Source: Neophaeotheca triangularis
Taxonomy: Eukaryota
Length of the DNA: 64,000 nucleotides
Direction of reading: 5' to 3'
Assembly: GCA_054600435.1 (NCBI GenBank)
Contig: BAAIJX010000004.1
Coordinates: 496,001 to 560,000, forward strand
The notes under the pieces were generated by a model. It did not search any database, had not been told where the DNA came from, and saw only the letters and a list, made by a program, of their open reading frames with translations. Made by a program: the position numbers and the translations under genes. This document shows positions 50,881-64,000 of this stretch, piece after piece (positions within the stretch are counted from its first letter, which is position 1; every line of letters begins with the position of its first letter).

Positions 50881-51944
50881 CTACTCCTGAGCCTTGGCCA
50901 ACTCCCCCTTCTGATACGGAAACTGTTCCTTAAAAGCCTCAGCGATCTCCGTCCGAGTTGCGACCCACACGCCTTCTTTCTTGCTGATGTAGTCAACAAA
51001 ATCCTTCAGAGCCTTGAATCTGCCAGGACGCCCAATGACACGGCAGTGCAGTCCAATCGTCATCATCTTCGGCTGCCCTTCCTCGCCTTCTTCGTAGAGA
51101 ACGTCGAAGGCGTTCTTGAGATGGGTGTAGAAACTGCTCGGGTCGCGGAAACCGGAGCCTACGGTATGGAATTTGAAGTCGTTGCAGTCTGTGGCGTTGT
51201 TGTTAGCGCTTGCCGCCTCACGGAGCGAGGAGCGAGAGAACACCCACCATAGCTGTACGGCACCATGAGGCAACCCTTGGGATCTTCTTTCTCCCTCTCA
51301 TGCGCCAGGTCGATCCAGTAGGGTACATCATCCGCATAAGTATCGGAGCACCATACGAGCTCCTCGCCCATCTCCTCGTACACTTGAGGCACCAGCGTGC
51401 GCGAGTGCGGCGAATTACGACCATAATACCAGCCTCTAGGCGCATACCCGCTCAATTTCTTCAAAGACTCAATGCCCTTGCGGATGAAGTCCTTCTCCTT
51501 CTCGACGCCAAAGTCCGCATACGGCAACCAGCGGTAGGCGTGGGAAGCGATGTCGTGACCTTTCTCCACGCACCGTGAAGCAACTTCGGGGACTTCCTCG
51601 ACAGCTTGGGCGACAGCGTAGAGGGTGAATTTCATCGCATAGTTGTCGAAAAGCCTGAACAAGCGCCAAAAGCCCGCTCGGCTGCCGTACTCGTATTCGG
51701 ACTCGACGCTGTAATCTCGCTCGTTGATGGCAGCCGGTCCTATGGGGTTTTCACGTAGGTTGTTCTCGCTCTGTCCATCGCCTGCTAGTACGGAGCGTTC
51801 ACCTCCTTCTTCGTAGTTGATCACAAAGGAAACGGCGATCTTGGCGTCGTTGGGGAGTTTCCACCCTTGCAAGCCTGGCTCGCCGTAGCCTCTGTAGTCG
51901 CGGTCATAGTGATAATCGGGGTGAGCGTAGTATTCGCGAGGCAT
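50881..51944 (-). CDS. PuuE-type allantoinase / polysaccharide deacetylase-fold hydrolase; intron 51189-51247
   Basis: IAVSFVINYEEGGE, YEYGSRAGFWRL, ASHAYRW, GWYYGR, DTYADDVPYW, VPYSY|DCND, KMMTIGLHCRVIGRPGR. Confidence 0.88.
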
Positions 51945-53009
51945 TTTGAAAGCAGTATAGGAAATTCACTTGGAAGTATACAAGGTGAGGAGAGGTGGGA
52001 TGCTTGATAGAGAGAGAGAAAGAAAGAGGGAGCTTCGGTGCAAGACCATCATATACACCATCATATAGGTGTTATGGAGATTACTTTGTCCGATCTCGCA
52101 GTAAGAGAACCATGAGAATCCGCATGCCTTACCGTCTTACTATCTCTGAGGTCTCATGTTTACCTTTTTGGGAAGTTGTGTCGGCCTGAGTGTAGCGATC
52201 TGTCGGCGTGAAATCAGGCGAAGCTCGTTCTGCGATCGTTCTTTTCCGAGCCATCTGCGAAGGATTGACTCTAGACATTAGTACTGTGGTACTAGGAGGC
52301 ATATGTCACGATGTGCTCGAATGACAACTTGATAGCCAGATAGGCGTGGAAGGCGGAGGCTCCGACCTATGCGGGCTGCTGCGTCTCCTATCGTGTGGCT
52401 GCAGGGTGTGTTTCTTTTGCTGATAAGAGGTGAAGTCCAGCGTGGAAACCTGAGGCATGATCCGAAATCTTCGGAACGTTTTGAGCCGACAGCAAGACTA
52501 CACCCAAAAAAGCACTAGTCCGAAATAGGCAGCATGGAGCCCTTCTTTCGCCCTTATCTACCATCTCTTCGAAAGAGCTAAACGGGCTGAGGAACCGCCT
52601 TGTTTGGAGCGGTATTGACTAGAGCCAGTATGAAGGCGCTCAATATGCCCAATTTTGTCCCCTCTAGAGTTATATTTGATTGCGAGAACGTGGGATACAT
52701 AATGTAGTGGATCTGTGATAGCGGCGCGCACACTTGGCCGGCTTATGACTGCGGCGGTATCCTCAAGAATGTGGATAGGACAAAAGTCGCTCGTCAGGCT
52801 GTTAGCTCCAAAGTCGGTCTACACTCGGAGGTAGTCTTGCGAATGTTACGAATGTACCTTCCGGTGGAGGGTGAAATACAATAGGGACGTCCAAATCCGC
52901 TTTGTCTGTGAATGTACATCTAGTTGACCTTTTCTCCCTCTTCTTCCGACCACGGCTCTATTCGCCCAGTTTAGCATAAGAAGACACAAGATCGACAATA
53001 GCAGGCAAC

Positions 53010-54185
53010 ATGAGCGACGGCAGGTTGTTCACACCTATGAATGTCGGACGCAATGTCTTGCAACACCGAGTAGTAATGGCGCCCTTGAGTCGGTATCGAT
53101 GTGATGATGATTGGGTTCCCCTCCCAATGGCAGAAGGTAGGTCCACTCCGCGACATTGAACGACTACAGTAGAAACTTACGACGTTACAGAATACTACGC
53201 CCAGCGTTCGTGTGTACCGGGAACTCTTATGGTAACGGAAGCAACGGCCATCTCTCGCCGCCACGTCGGAAAATTCAATTGCCCCGGAATCTGGTCAGAG
53301 GACCAGATCAAAGCGTGGAAAGGCATCACAGACGCTGTCCACGCGAACGGCTGCAGGATCTGGTGCCAGCTATGGGCCATGGGCCGAACTGCGCTCCCCG
53401 ACGTAGCCGCGAGCGTGGGATCTAAAGTCATGTCTTCCTCCGCCGTTCCTGTGCCTGAAGAAGGAATCGAGACGCCGGTCGAAATGACCGATCAGGACAT
53501 TCAGGAGACCATCTCCGACTATGTGTCTGCGGCAAAGAATGCTATGGAGGCTGGTTTCGACGGTGTTGAGATACACGGCGCAAACGGATACCTACCTGAT
53601 CAGTTCTTGCAGAATACCTGCAACAAGCGCACCGATCGATGGGGCGGCAGTATCGAGAACCGATGTCGCTTTCATTTTGAAGTAGCAAAGGCAATCGCCG
53701 AAGCCGTGGGCGCAGAGAGGACCGCCATGCGTCTGAGCCCATGGAGCGATTGGCAAGGCATGCTGATGAAAGATCCAATTCCAGATTTCACGCGTCTAGT
53801 CGAGCTTCTCAAGACGCTGAAATTGGGCTACCTGCATCTGGTTGAGGCGCGCTTGAGAGGTAACGATGATGTTGATGTCGCAGCCGACAAGAACATCAGC
53901 TGGCTCGTAAAGCTCTGGGACAATACCAGCCCGGTGCTCATCGCAGGCGGCTTCAAGCCCGATACAGCGCTGGAGGCTGCTGACAAGACCTACCGCGGCT
54001 ACGACGTTGCGATTGTCTTCGGTCGATACTTTGTTTCCAACCCGGACCTTGTCTTTCGCTTGAAGGCGTCGGTGGAGATGAAGAAGTATGATCGCTCTGT
54101 ATTCTACACTCCTAAGCTGCCCGAGGGGTACATTGACTATCCGCTCAGCGCGGAGTTTGTTGCGGAAACGCGAGTCGAGGCATGA
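53010..54185 (+). CDS. Old yellow enzyme (NADH:flavin oxidoreductase); intron 53137-53190
   Basis: VVMAPLSRYR, EYYAQR, GFDGVEIHGANGYLPDQFL, NKRTDRWGGSIENR, FGRYFVSNPDL, GYIDYP. Confidence 0.94.
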
Positions 54186-54810
54186 AGGGATTGTCGAAGG
54201 CGACGAGAGCACGAGTGGCGAAGGCGACACGAATGATGAAGACGTCGAGACAGGACGTGGCCGAATGCCCAGCGTTTGATATCTTCGGTTTCCCGCTAGG
54301 TACCTCCGAAACCTTGCACTAGGTTATCCAACGCTATCTATGTATAGCACGTGTATATCGCACCAATGCCGAAAAAGTGGCGCCGGGCCTTGCACAGGCT
54401 AAGAACGACCCGCGCCTAACTTAGTCCCTGCCAAGCCTGCCCACTGCCCAGGGGACGGCTTCTGTTGTGTCACGACATTTTTTTCTTTCAACGTCCACTC
54501 AATTTTTTCTCCCTTTTGTCGTTGCAGTCACCGCTGACTTTGTTGGGGCCGCCGAGTCCGTGCCTGTCCATTCCGTGAGACAAGACGAGACGGCAAAGAG
54601 ATTACAATCAGATAGGTAGGGCTAGATAAACCGGTCCACATTCCTTTGTACCCACCCTTTCCCTCCTACTTCACCTCATCGAACAATAATTTCGTCGCCG
54701 ACTACAGTCACTCGTTTCAAACCACAGTCGCTATCTACAAAGAATTCATACAAGCTGCACGAGCCTTACGAGCACTCTTGCCTCACCAAAACAAAACCAC
54801 ATCCACCAGA

Positions 54811-55091
54811 ATGAGCGCATTGAAAATCGCAACTGCGGCTTCTGGCCTCGCCCTCACGGCTTCCGCCTTCGCCTACTCCCAAAAGCAAACCACCGACTTC
54901 TCTCAGACCGCAAAGACAGTCAGCGAGACTGGTACTCCCGCCGGTATCTCCCAGCAGGGTGAGAAGAAGAAGCTGTAAGTTGATTCACAGCAAAGTCTCG
55001 CAATGGATCACATCGCTGACATGTGATGCTCAGGCCATCCGAGTTCTTCCAGTTCACCATTGGCGGCTACAAGCTCGGCCATGGCGCCTAG
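54811..55091 (+). CDS. Small spliced hypothetical protein, 73 aa; intron 54975-55033
   Basis: MSALKIATAASGLALTASAFAYSQ...EKKKL|PSEFFQFTIGGYKLGHGA*; GTAAGT...GCTGAC...CAG intron, C-ending codon bias. Confidence 0.7.
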
Positions 55092-56286
55092 ATGGTCTCA
55101 GACAAGCGATCGGGCTGAGAGGGTTGCTCAAGACAAGGCGAGGAAAACGATATCAATGAGGGCGTAGGACTGGGGTGTGAGCATTTACAAGGGCGCTTGA
55201 GGGCATAATGATAGATGGGGTTGCTTTCGCGGATACCACTACAGACGATAGATCGATAGACTTGCTTCTGGTTATGCATGGGAGAGCGGAAGAATACGGA
55301 TGGGTAGATTATACCAGCACATCAAACGCCACCACTCTACCAGTCACCTTCTCCATTTCTGCTTTCCCGATCATGGCCTGGGACGTTAATGGCGAAGTAT
55401 GTTTCATCCGCTGAAAGCACCTCCCGGCCTCATCGGACTCAGAGCTGTCGCAAGCGAGACCCTTCTGCCTGGACCTTCGAGTCTGGGAACCGAGCAAATG
55501 CCCCCTAATGGGTGACGTCGATGCCGAGCCGCCTCGCGCAACGTTGCAGTAAATCTATGATTATGGTTGGTATGTCCCGGGCGCTCCTCAGGAGTTCAGA
55601 AAGCGCTGTGAATCCGGCCCAGCTTGAAGCCAACACTGCTACTCCGCCGCCCGAAGCATCTACGGCACAGCTCGAATCGTACGTCGAGCCACTGAGCGCG
55701 TCTCGGTAGCCAGCTTCGTAGGAAGTTCGAATTCAGCACTCTCTGCGTCGTTCGCGGGAGTTTTTGAAGCTCTTGATCGTATGTTCTGTGGCTAAATGGA
55801 CACCTGCACTGACTTCAAGTGGCCGGGATTGTTTACTTACATTCTTGCTGGGCCGTCGGAACCGGTCACGCCACTGGCACTCACGTGCAAAGCGTTATAG
55901 AAAGCTCACGCCGAGGCTAGTGATGCAGAGTTCGTGAAAGCGAAGGCTGGCCAGAGGCAGGCGACTTCACCTCGACCAGATTTCTCCCTAAAGACTGCTG
56001 CGTGCAAAACATGCGAAAACGCTCGCGGGAGTGTCGCGCCTCCAGCTTAATTCCTTCTTCAACGCAGCGGAGCAATGCTCGCGAAAACGGGAACTAAGAC
56101 GGAACTTCCACGCATCAGCGAGCCGGGAGGTGTTCAAGACGCAACGCATCGCTATACCGCCTGCAGGTGCCAGCTAACCATGTTTAAAATCTAAACATAC
56201 TGAGAGAGTCAAGATGGCTTGGATCAAAACCAGCGTGAGATTAAAGTCATCTGTCACGTCTACCTCTAGACAAACAAGCCTCTATT

Positions 56287-57931
56287 CTAATCCACATTTA
56301 CAACATGTCCACCCTCATCAACAGCAACCTTGACCTTCTTGGTCGACTCCTTGCGAGGATTCTTGGCCTCGAAAATCTCACTCAGCTCCTCCAAAGTCTT
56401 ACCCGCCGTCTCGACGAAAAAGAAATACACCGTGACCAACTCGATGCAAATCCAGACAATATAGACCAAATACAACCGCCAGCCAATCTCGGCAATGCCC
56501 ACGGAGATGCCGTAAGTGTTGACGACCATGGCGACGTTGAGGAAGAGGAAGTTCAGCCCGCTGCCCTTGGCACGGGTTCGGTTTTCCAGGCACTCGACCG
56601 CGTAGAGGGTTTGCAGTGGGGTCCAGCCCCAGGCGAAGAAGATGCCGAAGAGGTAGATGCTGACGATGGTGCCGTAGGCGAGGTCGGGGTTGTTTTCCGA
56701 CGTGGCTGTGAAAGCGGTGAGGAGGACGTAGGAGCCCAGGGCGCCGACCAGACCCCACATGAGCATTGTGCGGCGGCCTAGGCGGTCGAGGAGCGTGGCG
56801 CCGTACATGGCGGCTATCATGCTGAAGATGGGGTTGATGGCGTTGATCAAGAGTTGGGTGTCGGTGTTGGTGATGCCCGCGTTTTCGACCATGGCTGGCA
56901 TGAAGTATGAGACCACGTTGTTTCCGCTCCATTGCCCGAAAAATGCCATGGCGATCACCATGTAGAGTCTGTACCTCGCGGCGGGAGTGTACACGAGCTC
57001 TTTGAAGTCCCACCATGGGTTGTTGTTGCGAGTTACGGCCATGTCTTCGCAGATTTCGTGTATTTGGAGACGTACGAGGGGGTGCTCTGGGTTTCCTTCG
57101 CCGTGGTATTTGGCCAAAACTTGGATGGCCTCTTCGCGGCGGTCTTTCATGATGAGCCAACGTGGAGATTCGGGGAAGAACATGACGATTGCCATGACGA
57201 TACCGGGGAGAATACATTGGACGAGGGTAGGGAGACGCCATGCCCATGAGCTGTCGCGGAGATTGACACTTGTTCCGTAGGTCGTCCAGCCAGCAAGGAT
57301 GTTGCCCATCCACCAGAGTGTGTTATAGGCGCCTGCCATGATGCCACGGTAGGCGGGATGAGCGAGCTCGACGGTGTAGGCGGGGCCTGCTGCGCTTGCA
57401 ATGGATGCGCCAAATCCTAAGATCTATATGCCACGCATTAGCAGCTGTCTTAGGTTGTCGAGCGACCAAAGACGATCTTACGAATCTGCCCGCGATGAAT
57501 TGACCCATCTCATGTGCCGTGGTCTGAACCGCAGTACCGACGAGAACGAGAAGGCAGCCCACGAAGATACAGACACGACGTCCATAGCCATCAGCGAAGA
57601 AGCCGCAAAAGGGGAAAGCGGCAATTTGTCCCAAGTTGTAGATGATGAAGATTATTCCCGTCGTGCTACCCTCGCCGCTTAGCCCAAAGGTCCGTTGATA
57701 CGAAGGCATTGCGTTGATTGCGCCCATGAGGCTGGAGTCGAAGCCGTTCATGGTTGAGACGAGGTACCCAATGCCCATGATTGCGTAAAGCTTTAGCATG
57801 CTTTTGGAGAGAGGCGATGGCTTCTGAAGACCCAGTGCCTCTGCAAGAGCTGCAGAGGCGACAGCCTCTTCCTTGACAGCAGCACCTTTCTGCATGTCAT
57901 CCTCGATTTGGACATGGTTGTCCTTCTCCAT
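56287..57931 (-). CDS. Sugar porter MFS, lactose/cellodextrin permease (Lac12/LacpA-like); intron 57424-57481
   Basis: NGFDSSLMGAIN, ADGYGRR, AWRLP, PESPRWL, GQWSGNN, DRLGRR, ETAGKTLEEL. Confidence 0.92.
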
Positions 57932-58224
57932 GATTGCGTGTTATGAGTCGAGTTCGTTGTAGAAGCAAGATATTGCCCTTGGGTTTCGTGCAATAAACGG
58001 TGAAGAAACAATATGGCAAAGAGAGCCCAAGGCAGCGGATATAGCGGCACTATATGAAGCTCACCACAGTCTCAAAGTTTGACCATACCAGCGCTTCCCC
58101 CACACGCCCCCGGGCCCTCCACTGAGGGGGAAGATCACGGTCGCGAACATGAGATGAAGGATTTGTAGCCATACCAGCGGGTAGTAGCATTGGCGATTGG
58201 CTGACCTACTTTGAGGCGTCGAAA

Positions 58225-58238
58225 GGGGGGGGGGGGGG
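58225..58238 (+). repeat. Poly-G homopolymer (14 G) in the divergent promoter
   Basis: Read directly from the sequence. Confidence 0.9.
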
Positions 58239-59091
58239 CAGCCAAGGACGGAACGGAGATCCAGATGGATATAGTATATACGTACTAGGCTTGAAGGATG
58301 GTAGCAGAGAAAAGAGCCTTCAGACGACCTCCACCACGTGACGCCGTACTTCAAAAGTTAACTCAAAGGTATCCAATGGTTTCGGCCGAGTCTTCCCGGA
58401 CATGGTCTGGAATTTCTGCACGAATCGCTCGCTACCTTTAGGCCAGATAGGGTCCTACATGACTACCTAGGTAAGGCATATACTGAACGCACCCCTAGCT
58501 CATCCGCCGCAGATGCCTCAAACAAAACCCGCCCGATTTCGCCGACTGGCTCTCGCTGCTGGTCAAATAACTGACCTCTCTTGTTACTCTCTGTGTGTAT
58601 TCCTCACCTCCTAGGGCGAGTGTCCAGAGCCTGAGGCAGTAAGAGGGTCTTATCATGCACCCCGGACCATGTTCCAAATGAGGTACGCTATCCCCATGGA
58701 GGCCCCTCATCGTCTCCGCAACCATGGACCACAGATGCGGACACGCCGGACAGACAACATGAACCCCGCCAGACTAATCAGAGTAACCCTCCGGTGTTTT
58801 CTCGCCCGAACACCTTGCGGCACTGTGCCTCTTGCAGTAGGCAGCTTTGATGCTCTGCCAAGCTGGAAGCTGGCATCTTCCTCGGTATAAGTACCTAGCA
58901 CCAGTCAAGAAAGCAACGAGTGGGCACCCGAGACCCGCATACAGTAGACTGGGCATATCTAGTTGCCATGTGATGAGTCTTCGGCATGTGGGTGGGGGTT
59001 AATAATACGTCGTTGGTGTGGCAGGTAGACCAACGGAATCGTTCCTACTCGTGCTACTGAAGGGGGCAAGTATACCACCTTTCAACATTGA

Positions 59092-62286
<3,195 letters not shown>

Positions 62287-64000
62287 GGGGGTTGCAGGAA
62301 TCGTGGGGGTCAGGGGGCAGTGACGCTGGCGTGGCATGGCAGGGGGTTTAGGGCTGTGAAGGCTGTTCAGCTGTATGAAGAAGGCGTGTTTGGACCCCTT
62401 GCCTGCCACGTATATATGCGACTAGTCCTTGCTAAAATGCCCTGCTTTCCAATCAGTATCACTCTGTCGCTTTCCAGAGTCCTCGTTCTGAGCTTCGTCG
62501 TCTATAATCACCTCGGTAACAGGGTTTCAATGCTCACAGCTTCACTTCCATCGGACAAACGCCATCTCTACCGCTTCGTTGCACGCAGTTGAAGTGGGAG
62601 AGGCGGGGCTGGAAAAGGCGAGAAAGTCTTATGAGACCGTAGTCGGGATAGCAGAGAGACACACAGCGAAGGCAGAAGTGAATGGAAGTTTCAGTCCTAG
62701 AGACGACGCCAGTCGCGCTAGTGGAAAATGTTGCTTGGTCTGAGTGAATCCTGGTGTATCGCAAGGGTTGAACCGGGGAGGTTGGTCACTGGCACCTAGT
62801 TACGTCGGGAACTTCCCTAGGGTTTGGCAGTTCCACGATGTCGAGTTTCTAGGTTTGCAGATGCTTCAGATCGGTCTTGTGAGACGTGTTGGTTGGTCCG
62901 TAACATGGCAGAGTAGGTGTAGATACGGTGGCCTCGGCTCCTGGTAGATGCGCATACGTCGAGCAGCTTGGACGGCTCGGGAGTGGTATACTTGTAGCAG
63001 CAGTGGCTTCGTTAGTATTGCTTTCATTTCTTACCGTCGGCCGGAACCTCGACTGAGCGGCCGATCTCTTGTGCTCGTCCAGACCTCGCCTGCTCTGATT
63101 TTACTCCCACCGGAGACGGCGGGTGTGAAACGTGAAAGACAGACAGCCGGCGCTCTCGGCGCGTAGACTCTGGTAATCGGCAGCCGTTAGCAAGCGTCCT
63201 CCATCGAGAATGAGAGCAAACATGTTGTCCGCCGGCTTGTCTATGAAAATGTCCATCCAACATTGAACAAAAGCCATATAGTACCTAGGTGGTTTAGGAC
63301 GATGCGGACTTAACTGATATGACGAGTACTTGTACTCCTACCTCGAACTCTCCCGTCACTTACCACCATGGTGCAGGGTAGTAAATGCTGACGCTCATAC
63401 TCACACACCTCACCAGCGTGTGGCGGAACACTACAAGCGTGATGTGTATCGAACAGACAGCTGCCATACTCGCCGAGTCGTCGATAGCATGTGTGAAAAG
63501 ATGGCGCTAGAGGCGTCGGCTGGGAAAGGTTAAAAGGTTTTTTGGTGTGTGCTGTTTCGACTCGCTGAGAGGTGTTTCTACCAAGGAGCCATTGCGATTT
63601 TAAAGGATTATGTTGTGAGAAGAGAACTGGCAAAATAATAGATGAGCGCGTAGGGTCATAAGTTGTCTGCTCTCTTACCGTGCAGGAGGCCGATGAAGTT
63701 GCGGGTCGTTAGGTGCGTCAAGACCTACTTGGTGCTAAGACGAGGAAACGATACCAGGCAGGTTGTTTCCACTTGATGAAGCTGTGGTGTGCGATGGCAG
63801 CCCCAGGCAAGACGTAGGCCCAGTGTGCAGTAGGTACCAGTATGTAGGTATGTTTCGGACCACAAGCACGTCGACGTGCAACTACAAAGCCGTGGCACTG
63901 GAGATGCTCGAACCCAAGAGTTCCCCGTGGCTGTGTACCTAAAGGTAGGTTTAGGTTCATTGAGTTCGATCGAGTACCTGTCGCTTGCATGAGACACAAA

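Noticed and set aside
62300..64000. Short ORFs at the window end
   Set aside because: No coding signature; no transposon, tRNA or terminal-repeat structure recognised.

Overview
Gene-dense, intron-containing region of a filamentous ascomycete genome. Short GT-AG introns with CTRAC branch sites and the gene families suggest a Dothideomycete-like fungus (inference). About 23 protein-coding loci can be supported: nitrate reductase (5'-truncated), a JEN1-type carboxylate transporter, a STYX-like dual-specificity phosphatase, a sulfotransferase-like P-loop protein, a GAF hybrid histidine kinase, SRP68, SEC7, PDH E2 (LAT1), a disordered hypothetical protein, four tandem F-box-like paralogs plus a relic, CYP61/ERG5, an amidase, an NCS1 permease, a Zn2Cys6 transcription factor, a PuuE-type allantoinase, an old yellow enzyme, an unannotated 73-aa spliced microprotein, and a divergent lactose permease / GH2 beta-galactosidase pair. 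Two candidate systems stand out. (1) A compact ureide/cyclic-amide nitrogen-scavenging cluster at 42.1-54.2 kb, with GATA-rich promoters and a shared TCGG-N11-CCGA motif. (2) A diverging tandem array at 29.9-39.2 kb whose members share an unrecognised N-terminal domain, a conserved phase-0 intron (GC-AG in one copy) and a C-terminal Cys module. No rRNA, tRNA, CRISPR array or intact transposon was recognised. All calls were made by eye, without database searches.
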